Notes under the pieces: generated by a model
The model's input: the letters and a program-made list of their open reading frames with translations, nothing else
What the model was told of the DNA's origin: nothing
Databases searched by the model: none
Position numbers and translations under genes: made by a program
Source of the DNA: an uncultured Corynebacterium sp.
Lineage (GTDB): Bacteria > Actinomycetota > Actinomycetes > Mycobacteriales > Mycobacteriaceae
DNA length: 64,000 nucleotides
Assembly (NCBI RefSeq): GCF_946221155.1
Contig: NZ_CAMIAN010000002.1
Location: forward strand, 20,887 to 84,886
Direction of reading: 5' to 3'
Part shown: positions 18,314 to 28,336 of the stretch, one piece after another
How positions within the stretch are numbered: position 1 is the first letter of the stretch
How the letters are laid out: every line of letters starts with the position of its first letter

Positions 18314-20051
18314 CTTGTTCTTGGGTAGTGACGCCCTCAGCCTCCACCGTCAAAGGCAGCGGCGAAGTCTTTACGATGTGTCCCTGTTCCAGGGGGAGGG
18401 TCAGCCGGAAGCACGCACCCACGCCGGGCGCGCCGATGGCCTCGAGACGGCCGCCGTGCAGGTTGGCATCCTCCTTGGCGATGGCCAGACCCAAGCCGGT
18501 GCCACCCGTGCGGCGCTCACGCGACGGGTCGGAGCGCCAGAAGCGATTGAAGACCATCTCTTCCTCGCCGGGCTTCAAGCCCACGCCGTGGTCGATCACG
18601 GCGACGGCCAGGGCATCCTCACCGACGGCCATCTTCACCTCAATTGGCTTACCTTCGGAGTGGTCGACAGCATTGGCCAAAAGGTTACGCAGAATGCGTT
18701 CCACGCGGCGCGAATCCACGGCGACAACCACTGGATCCGCCGGCAAATCCACGTTGAATTCGGTGCCGACTTCCTCGGCGATGGCACGCACCTGCTGGAG
18801 GGCGGAACGCACCACACCGCGCACGTCCACCTTCTCGGCGGACAGGTTCGCCACACCCGCGTCGTGCCGGGAGATTTCCAGCAGGTCGCCCAAGAGCGTC
18901 TCGAAGCGGTCGAGTTCCTTCGTCATCAGGTGGGCTGCGCGGGCGGTGAGGGGATCGAGTTCGTCGGCGTTGTCCTCGATCATGTCCGCTGCCATGCGCA
19001 CCGTCGTCAGCGGGGTGCGCAGCTCGTGGGAAACGTCCGATGTGAACTGGCGTTGCAGCGAGCCGAATTCTTCCAGGTTGCGGATTTGCGTGGAGAGTTT
19101 CTCCGCCATGTCGTTGAAGCTATAGGCGAGTCTTGCGACTTCGTCCTGGCCATCCACAACCATTCGCTCGTGCAGGTGGCCCGCCGCCAGTTTCTCGGCA
19201 ATCTTCGAAGCCGCCCGGACTGGGCCGATGAGCTGTTGGGAAAATACCCAGCCGATCACCAGAAGGAGGATGATCAGGACGATTCCGCCGGCCATCAGCA
19301 GGCCTCGCATGAGGTTGAGTGTGGCCTCTTCAGAGGTCAGCGGCACCAGTAGGTAGAGCTCGAGCCCCGGGATATCGGAGTACACGGGGCTGCCGATGAT
19401 GAGTGCCTTGTAGCTGCCGTTTTCCCCGTCTACCTGGGCATACTGATAGGCCACCTGACCCTGGTGCACGAACTCGCGCAGGTTTTCGGGAATGTCGATA
19501 TTGTCGGGGATCCGCGTTTCCGCGTCACTTGCGTTGGAGGCGATAAGCACCGAGTCATACACCGGGACGCTTGTTTGCTCCATCCCTGTCGAGCGGTTCG
19601 TCAGCACCGCCCTGGCGGAGGTCAACCGCACGGATACCGGATTGGAGGAGTCGGTGGCGCTGATCTGCTCCTCCACCGCCGTGCGCGCTCTATCCATGCT
19701 GTCAACGGCCTCGGAGAATTTGGTGGCCAGCAGCTGCTGGCTTAGGAAGCCGACCAGCAAGAAGCCAATCAGCAGGAACGCGAAGGTACTGGAAGCCAGC
19801 ACGCTGCCAATCACTCGCAGCTGGATGGACTGGTGCCAGCGCAGCCTTATCGAGTTGATCAGCCGTCGCCAGGTATCGCGCGGTCGGCGGAAGAAGTCGC
19901 GCAGGACGGACCAGAACGTCGCGCCCGCGGCGAGCGTTTTCCCCTGCATTTTCTGCGGAAAACTGGGAGTTTTTGGTTGCGCTTGGCGAGGCGACTTGCG
20001 TTTCCTGAGCCGGGTCTTCCGTGCTTGTTCCTTAGCTTGCTCCTGCTCCAC
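18294..20051 (-). CDS. mtrB: sensor histidine kinase MtrB
   Basis: Two TM helices, a HAMP domain, the H-box SHELRTPLTTV and HATPase_c motifs; paired with mtrA. Confidence 0.93.
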   Translation of the reverse strand: MEQEQAKEQARKTRLRKRKSPRQAQPKTPSFPQKMQGKTLAAGATFWSVLRDFFRRPRDTWRRLINSIRLRWHQSIQLRVIGSVLASSTFAFLLIGFLLVGFLSQQLLATKFSEAVDSMDRARTAVEEQISATDSSNPVSVRLTSARAVLTNRSTGMEQTSVPVYDSVLIASNASDAETRIPDNIDIPENLREFVHQGQVAYQYAQVDGENGSYKALIIGSPVYSDIPGLELYLLVPLTSEEATLNLMRGLLMAGGIVLIILLLVIGWVFSQQLIGPVRAASKIAEKLAAGHLHERMVVDGQDEVARLAYSFNDMAEKLSTQIRNLEEFGSLQRQFTSDVSHELRTPLTTVRMAADMIEDNADELDPLTARAAHLMTKELDRFETLLGDLLEISRHDAGVANLSAEKVDVRGVVRSALQQVRAIAEEVGTEFNVDLPADPVVVAVDSRRVERILRNLLANAVDHSEGKPIEVKMAVGEDALAVAVIDHGVGLKPGEEEMVFNRFWRSDPSRERRTGGTGLGLAIAKEDANLHGGRLEAIGAPGVGACFRLTLPLEQGHIVKTSPLPLTVEAEGVTTQEQDGGDDE

Positions 20052-20057
20052 GAGAAC

Positions 20058-20744
20058 CTATTCGCCGGTCTTGTAGCCGATCCCGCGGACGGTCTGGATG
20101 ATCTTCGGGTCGTCCGGGTCCTTCTCCACCTTCGAGCGCAGGCGCTGAATGTGGACGTTCACCAGACGGGTATCGCTCGACTTGCGGTAGCCCCACACCT
20201 GCTCCAGCAGCTCCTCGCGGGAGAACACCTGGCGCGGGCGGGAGGCCAGCGTAACCAGCAGGTCAAACTCGATAGGGGTCAGCGCGATCTCCTGGCCATC
20301 GCGGATCACCTGGTGGCCAGGCACGTCGATCTTCAGGTCCGCTACCTCGATCGACTCCGCGGGAGCTTCCTCCGGGGTGCGGCGCAGGCGGGCCCGCACA
20401 CGCGCCACCAGTTCCTTTGGCTTGAATGGCTTGTGCACGTAGTCGTCGGCGCCGGATTCCAGGCCCAGCACCACGTCCACGGTATCGGTGCGCGCGGTCA
20501 GCATGACGATCGGCACCGTGGAGGTTTCGCGAATCGCCTTGCACACATCAATGCCGTTCATGCCTGGCAGCATGACGTCCAGCAGGATGAGGTCCGGATT
20601 GTGCTCCTCCGCAGCCTTCACAGCCTCTACACCGTCGCCCACGACGACGGTACGGAAGCCCTCGCCCTGCAAAACGATGGTGAGCATTTCCGCGATGGCC
20701 GGGTCGTCGTCGACCACCAGAATCTTCGTTTCCACGGTTGTCAT
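20058..20744 (-). CDS. mtrA: OmpR-family response regulator MtrA
   Basis: Receiver domain (ILVVDDD...) plus a winged-helix domain; 4-nt overlap with tmk. Confidence 0.95.
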   Translation of the reverse strand: MTTVETKILVVDDDPAIAEMLTIVLQGEGFRTVVVGDGVEAVKAAEEHNPDLILLDVMLPGMNGIDVCKAIRETSTVPIVMLTARTDTVDVVLGLESGADDYVHKPFKPKELVARVRARLRRTPEEAPAESIEVADLKIDVPGHQVIRDGQEIALTPIEFDLLVTLASRPRQVFSREELLEQVWGYRKSSDTRLVNVHIQRLRSKVEKDPDDPKIIQTVRGIGYKTGE

Positions 20745-21391
20745 CCTCTCATTTCTTCCAGCAGGTCCGCGACCTTAGCCGCGCGGGCCTCGTAATCATC
20801 GCCGGTGCTGTCGACTGTCACCCACGGACTCAGCCACTGCTGCTGCGCCAGGGCTCGGTAGGCGCGGACGGTGCGCTCCTGCAGGCTACTATCCCGCTCG
20901 TATGCATCTCGCGCCCGCGTCTGGTCCTGGGCTTCGCGCGACTCGGCACGCTGCCCTGCCACCTCCGCCTCGACGTCTACCAAGATCTGCAGGTCGGGCG
21001 CTGGGATGCCGAGCTTTTCTTGCTCCAGCTGGGTGACCCACTCGCCGACCTCGGCCACGTCGCCGTCAACTCGCGCGGCGGAGTAGGCCACATTGGATGC
21101 CGTGTAGCGGTCAATCAGGATCACGTACCCGTCGGCGTCGAAGTCCGCAAGCTCCGCCCCGATCTCGGCGCGGTCGAGGGCGAACAGGGTGGCCATGCCG
21201 TGCACGGAATCGATCAGATCCCCCAGGTTTTCGTGCAGTGCCTCGCGGGCCAGCATCGCCGGGTGGGATTCCTCGTAGCGTGGAAACGCGATGCGCGCTA
21301 CCGGCACCTCGCGCTCCACCAACTCCTTTTCCACGGCTGTGACCAGGGTGTTCTTCCCCGCGCCGTCGACTCCTTCAAAGCTAACGATCAT
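20741..21391 (-). CDS. tmk: thymidylate kinase
   Basis: MIVSFEGVDGAGKNT P-loop; same position as Rv3247c. Confidence 0.85.
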   Translation of the reverse strand: MIVSFEGVDGAGKNTLVTAVEKELVEREVPVARIAFPRYEESHPAMLAREALHENLGDLIDSVHGMATLFALDRAEIGAELADFDADGYVILIDRYTASNVAYSAARVDGDVAEVGEWVTQLEQEKLGIPAPDLQILVDVEAEVAGQRAESREAQDQTRARDAYERDSSLQERTVRAYRALAQQQWLSPWVTVDSTGDDYEARAAKVADLLEEMRG

Positions 21392-21393
21392 TT

Positions 21394-22833
<1,440 letters not shown>

Positions 22834-22866
22834 GGGTGGGGTGACTCCTCAGTAAATTCACAGGGG

Positions 22867-22908
22867 TATAGCTGTATAGCTACAGGCTAATTTTCTTTAG
22901 ACAGTCTA
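22867..22908. promoter_or_regulatory. paired palindromic/direct-repeat elements in the ahcY upstream region (TATAGCTgTATAGCTA and TAGACAGTCTA)
   Basis: Read directly in the 75-bp gap upstream of ahcY. TAGAC...GTCTA half-sites resemble the McbR (TAGAC-N6-GTCTA) half-sites, but with 1-nt spacing. Confidence 0.35.
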
Positions 22909-23289
22909 CTAGCTCAAGGCTTCGACGAAGGTCTCCAGTCCCTCGGCCTCAAGGTCTTCTTCGTCCTCGCGCCGTTCCATTTCCCCGTCCAGCAGCTGCA
23001 GCGCAACTTCCTGCAGATTTGCGGGGCATTCGCCGATGTGCGCGCGAATGAAGGGGTGGTCGTCGGCCACGGTCGCCGTACTAAAGGGTGCCCCGCCCCA
23101 AATTGCCGCCACCGTGGCGGCACACAAGCCAACGAAGTAGTCCACCGAACCGGATTGTTCTTCGCGCAGTGCCAAGTTCACAGCGTCCACAAGCGCACCA
23201 ACTACATCGGGTCCGTCCAGATCCGCCAGTTCGTCCAGGAAGTCCACGTTGTCTTCCTGCGAGAAGATGAATTCGTCCCAGTTGCTCAT
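22909..23289 (-). CDS. hypothetical acidic cytoplasmic protein
   Basis: Start placed at MSNWDEF, which has a GAAAGGG SD; no motif recognised. Confidence 0.5.
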   Translation of the reverse strand: MSNWDEFIFSQEDNVDFLDELADLDGPDVVGALVDAVNLALREEQSGSVDYFVGLCAATVAAIWGGAPFSTATVADDHPFIRAHIGECPANLQEVALQLLDGEMERREDEEDLEAEGLETFVEALS

Positions 23290-23429
23290 GGTTCTGCCCT
23301 TTCTTTCGTTCAATTACCGACTGTAGCGCGTTTACACGCCCAATAACTGTGGTCAAAGCCGCGTATCCCTGCTAGGCTCTGTTGTGCCTTAACCAAATTG
23401 TGACCTTTGCCGAAGAGGAGGTGAGCCAG

Positions 23430-24251
23430 ATGGCTGAAGAAGAAGACAAGGGCACCGCAGAAAAGGACACTGCCGCTGTTTACGAGGCGGACCAGCGACA
23501 CTCCCCGGTTCCCCGTGCCATCAGTGGCATCGCCATCGTCGGCTTAGCCCTGGCCGGAGTTATCGGCGTCTGGACCTGGCAGTCGGGTTCAGAAGCCACC
23601 TCCCCTAAGCGAAGCACGGCAGAGGAGTCGACCGTCGCCATTAGCACGGGTGCGGCGTCACAGGATCACGATGTGGTCTCCGATGAACCGTCCCCGCAGC
23701 CGGCCCCTCCGGCCTACTCCACTCGCGCCCCGCAGTCCGGGGACGGGTCGAACTTCAGCAATGTCGCCCCGTTGGGCCAGGATCCTTACCTGCCGCCCAA
23801 CGCCTGGAACGGCCAGCAGAACGACGGCTTGCAGCCATCCCAAACCATCATCGCGGAAGGTTTGGGATCCCGCGGCCAGACGCAGCAGCAAGTCCCAACT
23901 CAGTCCCAGTCGCCCCAGCCGATTCCGCAGGGCTCGTCGGCTCTGCCGGGCGCAACCCAGGCACAACAACCTGGTACGTCTCAGCCGGGATCGACCCCGG
24001 GATCTACTCAGCCCGGCACCACTCAGCCTGGCCCCACTACCGAAACGGATAAGGCCACGGACGGCAGCGCTGCGATCCCGTTCCCGACGGATGGCTTCCC
24101 TCTGGAGCCTTCCGACTCAACTAAGACCGCTGAACCGCAGCGCGAGACTGACGGCACCAAGGATCCAAAGGATTCGAACAAGAGCGAGGCTTCTGACGGC
24201 CCCACCGATACCACGGCTGGGCCGAAGCCTAAGCCCCGGGACGGGCGATAA
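23430..24251 (+). CDS. single-pass membrane protein with long Pro/Gln/Ser/Thr-rich low-complexity domain
   Basis: GAGGAGGTG SD precedes the ATG. One TM helix (ISGIAIVGLALAGVIGVWTW), then about 230 aa of PQ/ST-rich repeats (QPGTSQPGSTPGSTQPGTTQPGPT). Confidence 0.6.
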   Translation: MAEEEDKGTAEKDTAAVYEADQRHSPVPRAISGIAIVGLALAGVIGVWTWQSGSEATSPKRSTAEESTVAISTGAASQDHDVVSDEPSPQPAPPAYSTRAPQSGDGSNFSNVAPLGQDPYLPPNAWNGQQNDGLQPSQTIIAEGLGSRGQTQQQVPTQSQSPQPIPQGSSALPGATQAQQPGTSQPGSTPGSTQPGTTQPGPTTETDKATDGSAAIPFPTDGFPLEPSDSTKTAEPQRETDGTKDPKDSNKSEASDGPTDTTAGPKPKPRDGR

Positions 24252-25311
24252 AGGCCTTCCCGTTCACACGTGCCTGCTCGCCAGCGGGCACCCACGCGGC
24301 GGAGCCGCTGTCCAGGTGCACCTCCCCGCACTCCGTGGCTCCCCCGACGGCGAGCACAATTGCCGGCCCGGCGACCTCGGACTCTCCGTCTACTCTGCGT
24401 AGGCTGAATTCCTCCGCTGGGGTGTGGTACACCCCTTCCGCATCGGCCTGCAGCCGGGGATCTGCGAGCTCTTCCCAGCGCACCACGCTGAGCAACTCTT
24501 CGACGTCGATGTGCTTCGGAGTCAACCCACAGCGCAGCACGTTGTCCGAGTTAGCCATGATTTCCACGCCGGTGCCACGCACATAGGCGTGCAACTGCCC
24601 TGCATCTAGGTACAGCGCTTCCCCTTCCTGCAGGACCACACGGTTGAGCAGCAGTGCGAACAGCACGCCCCGATCCTTCGGGTACTGCTGTTCGAGGCGC
24701 ACCACCAGGTCCGCCACCTCGCCCATCCAATCGTTTGCGTTGGCCGCGAGCTCCCGGCAGCGCCGCGTGAGGGCGTCAATAATCTTCGAAAGTTCTTCCG
24801 CCGGCATGTGCAGCGCGCGCTCGACCGCACCGCGCAGTTCGCCGCGCAGAAAATCGAGCTCGGGCAGGGCGAGCTTATCCAACAGCTCAGCCGTACGGGC
24901 GACCGGTCGGAAGCCGGCCATCGCCTCGAACTCACCCAGAGCAACCAGCAGTTCGGGCTTGTGGTTGTCGTCCTTGTAGTTGCGCTCAAAGGCGTCGCGG
25001 GCGATCCCGGCTGCCTCATCGGCTGCGAATCCAGCCTCGGCCTGCGCCTTTGTCGGGTGCACCTGGATGCTTAGCGCGCGTTCGGCGGCCAGCAGCTTGA
25101 GCAGGAACGGCAGGCGCGTGCGCCCTTGTCCTAGCTGGCCTTCGGGGTCAGCCTCGATCAGATCCAGCAGCACTCCGGGGGCTCCTGGGTGCGCGCCGAA
25201 CCACAGCTCGGCCTCGGGCTGATCGGTCGGCGTGGGGCGCCCTTGCAGCTTCGCCAGCGATTCGTGCGATCCCCAAGCGTAGTTCTGGACAGCACCTTCA
25301 ATGCGGCGCAT
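24229..25311 (-). CDS. manA: mannose-6-phosphate isomerase, class I
   Basis: MRRIEGAVQNYAWGS N-terminus and the PMI-I fold pattern; same position as Rv3255c. Confidence 0.88.
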   Translation of the reverse strand: MRRIEGAVQNYAWGSHESLAKLQGRPTPTDQPEAELWFGAHPGAPGVLLDLIEADPEGQLGQGRTRLPFLLKLLAAERALSIQVHPTKAQAEAGFAADEAAGIARDAFERNYKDDNHKPELLVALGEFEAMAGFRPVARTAELLDKLALPELDFLRGELRGAVERALHMPAEELSKIIDALTRRCRELAANANDWMGEVADLVVRLEQQYPKDRGVLFALLLNRVVLQEGEALYLDAGQLHAYVRGTGVEIMANSDNVLRCGLTPKHIDVEELLSVVRWEELADPRLQADAEGVYHTPAEEFSLRRVDGESEVAGPAIVLAVGGATECGEVHLDSGSAAWVPAGEQARVNGKAFIARPGA

Positions 25312-25320
25312 ATGTGCCTC

Positions 25321-26697
25321 CTAAGCTCGGATTACAGCGAGAGCTTCGTCGACGATGGCCTTTACTCCCTCGTCGTCGCGCGCCTCGACGTTGAGGCGCA
25401 GCAGCGGTTCGGTGTTTGACGCCCTCACGTTCAGCCACGAGCCGTCCTGCAGCTCGATTGTCACGCCGTCCAGCCGGTCGACAGATGCGGTGCGGTCGGC
25501 GAAGGCCTCCACCACAGCTTCGGTGCGTCCTGCCTGGTCAGCCACCTCGGAGTTGATCTCCCCGGAAGCACGGTAGGTTTCGTAGGCGCGCTTCAGTTCG
25601 GAGAGCGGCTTGTCCTGCCCGCCGAGAGTGGCCAGAACGTGCAGGGCGGCCAGCATGCCGGAGTCCGCGTTGAAGAAGTCGCTGAAGTAGTAGTGCGCGG
25701 AGTGCTCGCCGCCAAATACGGCGCCTTCCTTGGCCATCTGGGCCTTGATGAAGGAGTGGCCCACGCGGGTGCGTACCGGCTTGCCGCCCTTCGCCTCCAC
25801 CAGTTCGCGTACGGACTTGGAGGTGATCAGGTTGTGAATGATGGTCGCGCCCGGCTGCTCGTCGAGGTATCGCTCGGCGATCATGGCACAGATCGTGGAG
25901 GGGCTAACGGCCTCGCCCTGCTCGTCCACGATGAAGCAGCGATCCGCGTCGCCATCGAAGGCGATGCCGAGGTCCGCACCCTTTTCTACGGTGAATTTCT
26001 GCAGGTCAACCAGGTTCTTCGGGTCCAACGGGTTAGCCTCGTGGTTCGGGAAGTTGCCATCGAGCTCGAAATAGAGGTCGAAGATCTCCAGGGCTTCCTG
26101 CTTCAGCACGGCTGGGACGGTCAGCCCGCCCATGCCGTTGCCGGCGTCCACCGCGACCTTCAGGGGGCGAACATTCAAAGGCACCAGGTTGTTCAGGTAC
26201 TCTGCATAGCCCTCCAGTACATCCTCAGTGGTGTTGGTGCCGGGCTCGCCGTCGTAGGCAGGGATGCCTTCAACCAGTTCGGAGGAAATGCGGTCCAGGC
26301 CGGAATCCTGCCCCACCGGGCGGGCACCGGCGCGGCAGAGCTTGATGCCGTTGTACTTCGCCGGGTTGTGCGAGGCGGTGAACATCGCGCCCGGGCATCC
26401 CTTTACACCGCTGGCGTAGTACAGCTCATCGGTGCTAGTGAGGCCCAGGGTGATGGTGTTCAGGCCCTGCGCATTCACACCCTCGGCGAATGCGGCGGCC
26501 AGGCTCGGAGAACTGTCGCGCATGTCGTGGCCGATGACGATCGCCTCCGCACCCTCTTCGCGCATCAGGCGGGCGAAGGAGGCCGCTACGTCGCGGACGA
26601 ACTCCTCGTTGAGAAATCCGGCGCCCTCGCCGACAACTCCACGGACGTCATAGGCCTTGATGGCCGCTGCTACGTCTTTGGGGGAATGGGTAGCCAT
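25321..26697 (-). CDS. manB: phosphomannomutase/phosphoglucomutase
   Basis: Active-site TASHNPAKYNGIK and the Mg loop DGDADR; same position as Rv3257c. Confidence 0.92.
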   Translation of the reverse strand: MATHSPKDVAAAIKAYDVRGVVGEGAGFLNEEFVRDVAASFARLMREEGAEAIVIGHDMRDSSPSLAAAFAEGVNAQGLNTITLGLTSTDELYYASGVKGCPGAMFTASHNPAKYNGIKLCRAGARPVGQDSGLDRISSELVEGIPAYDGEPGTNTTEDVLEGYAEYLNNLVPLNVRPLKVAVDAGNGMGGLTVPAVLKQEALEIFDLYFELDGNFPNHEANPLDPKNLVDLQKFTVEKGADLGIAFDGDADRCFIVDEQGEAVSPSTICAMIAERYLDEQPGATIIHNLITSKSVRELVEAKGGKPVRTRVGHSFIKAQMAKEGAVFGGEHSAHYYFSDFFNADSGMLAALHVLATLGGQDKPLSELKRAYETYRASGEINSEVADQAGRTEAVVEAFADRTASVDRLDGVTIELQDGSWLNVRASNTEPLLRLNVEARDDEGVKAIVDEALAVIRA

Positions 26698-26712
26698 GGG
26701 GTTTTCCTTTCG

Positions 26713-27153
26713 CTAGTGCTGGTCGCGAACCGCGCGCAGGTGGCGGCGCGGCGTGGACCGGGGCAGGTTCTTCATGGAGGGATGGTGCGGCGTGGACTCG
26801 GGGATCTCCGAGCGCCGGTAGAGCCGGGGGGCGGGCTGCGCTTTCGCCTGATGCTCGTGTTCGGCTGCCTGTTGCACGGCCTCGGCCAGCGCCATCAGGT
26901 CCTCTTCATCGGCTTCGGAGGATGCGCCCTCGCCTTGGCTTGCCGCGGGCTCGTCGGTGAATTCCAGTGTCCAGCCCTGCGGGACGGTGGTGCGGCGGGC
27001 ATGGCTTTCGCACAGGTCCCACCGGTGAGGGTTTCCGCTAACGCTCAGCGGCCCCACAATGGCCAGCTGCTCTGCATAGTTGAACTCCAGCGTGGCAACG
27101 GCGGGTTTGCCGCAGCCGGGGCGAGAGCATTGTCGGATAAAAGTCACGCGCAT
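26713..27153 (-). CDS. DUF3499 family protein (Rv3258c-like)
   Basis: MRVTFIRQCSRPGCGKPAVATLEF... Cys-containing N-terminus typical of DUF3499; start moved to the internal ATG. Confidence 0.65.
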   Translation of the reverse strand: MRVTFIRQCSRPGCGKPAVATLEFNYAEQLAIVGPLSVSGNPHRWDLCESHARRTTVPQGWTLEFTDEPAASQGEGASSEADEEDLMALAEAVQQAAEHEHQAKAQPAPRLYRRSEIPESTPHHPSMKNLPRSTPRRHLRAVRDQH

Positions 27154-27229
27154 TAGTGTAGCCCTTTTGCTCCGGCTTTCGAGCGTGCCCTCGTGGCATG
27201 TCGCCAGTGCACGGTTAAGATGTGTTGCT

Positions 27230-27682
27230 ATGAAGCAGGACACGCGCATGAGGCAGGATCCCCGCGGCAGGGGCATCCGGGGCATCTTGCTGCCGGAGGT
27301 GCCGCGGAATAAGTCACGCTCGGAGCGTTTCGACGATGCGGTCCTGGATGCGTTCGAGCCAATTTTGGAACGTTTTGACGCCGAATTGTCCGGCCTCGAT
27401 GTCGCCGTCGACGTCGTGCCACGTATGCGGCTGAGTGCGGGATACCGGCAGTGGCCGGAGGATGTGGTCGCCGACGGTCAGGTTCCCCTGGGTCGACTGG
27501 TGACCGCTGGCGTGGATAACACTGGAGCCCCCACCCGCCCGCGCATCATTATTTTCCGTCGCCCGGTGGAGTCTCGCGCTGCTTCCGCGCAGGAACTGCA
27601 GGACATCCTGCGGATGATTATCGTGCGCCTGGTGGCCTGCTACCTGAACGTCTCCCCCGATCAGATCGACCCTCGACTTTAG
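27230..27682 (+). CDS. Rv3259-like zincin-like putative metallopeptidase family protein
   Basis: 150 aa from the internal ATG; position between DUF3499 and whiB2 is conserved in Mtb. Confidence 0.5.
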   Translation: MKQDTRMRQDPRGRGIRGILLPEVPRNKSRSERFDDAVLDAFEPILERFDAELSGLDVAVDVVPRMRLSAGYRQWPEDVVADGQVPLGRLVTAGVDNTGAPTRPRIIIFRRPVESRAASAQELQDILRMIIVRLVACYLNVSPDQIDPRL

Positions 27683-28048
27683 CTAGCCAATACGCTTCTT
27701 CAGACGGCGACGTTCACGCTCGGAGAGCCCACCCCAGATACCGAAACGCTCGTCGTGCTCCAGTGCGTACTCCAGGCATTCATCACGCACACCGCAGGCC
27801 TGGCAAATGCGCTTGGCCTCGCGGGTGGAGCCACCCTTCTCCGGGAAGAACGCCTCCGGGTCAGTTTGGGCACACAGTGCCTGCTCCTGCCAGTCCTGCT
27901 CCACTGCATCGAAGAGCAGATCGAAGTCCTGCGTCAGATCGAAGAGGTTCTTCTGGCGAGCTTCATTGTCCACGTTCGCCTCCTGCTCTACCGCCGAGGA
28001 ACCGTCAGCAAAGTGGCCACGAAGGGCGGTGTCTACTGACTTGTCCAC
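27683..28048 (-). CDS. whiB2: WhiB2/WhmD-type [4Fe-4S] transcription factor
   Basis: Long N-terminal extension, then C...C..C....C and GIWGG, with a C-terminal basic tail. Confidence 0.9.
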   Translation of the reverse strand: MDKSVDTALRGHFADGSSAVEQEANVDNEARQKNLFDLTQDFDLLFDAVEQDWQEQALCAQTDPEAFFPEKGGSTREAKRICQACGVRDECLEYALEHDERFGIWGGLSERERRRLKKRIG

Positions 28049-28137
28049 GGAGGTCTCCTCATCTGATGCCTGTCTTTGTCGGTCTACTGAAGATTACACA
28101 CTGGTAATTACACCGCGTCAAGCTTTAGGGAATTCCC

Positions 28138-28182
28138 TCAAGTCACTTCAGTCACATCAGTCACTAGAACCTCAGCAGTCAC
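28138..28182 (-). repeat. tandem 9-bp direct repeats (t/a)TCAGTCAC x3 plus a fourth AGTCAC copy in the whiB2 promoter region
   Basis: Read directly: tcaAGTCACttcAGTCACatcAGTCACtag...agcAGTCACgcg, 90-135 nt upstream of the whiB2 start, inside an AT-rich 290-bp intergenic region. Confidence 0.5.
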
Positions 28183-28336
28183 GCGCTCCTGAGAAAATAG
28201 CCTCGCGCACAACCACAACGTATGCACGGCACGCTATCTAAAACCACAATATATAGGCATTTTCCTGAACCTTTAGTTCAGGACACACTAGATGTAGTGA
28301 AATTTATCTAAATTTTTTCTCGGACAGCGAAAACCG

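Noticed and set aside
25639-27156. 505-aa plus-strand ORF antisense to manB/DUF3499
   Set aside because: High-GC antisense artefact; the real genes on the minus strand have clear motifs.
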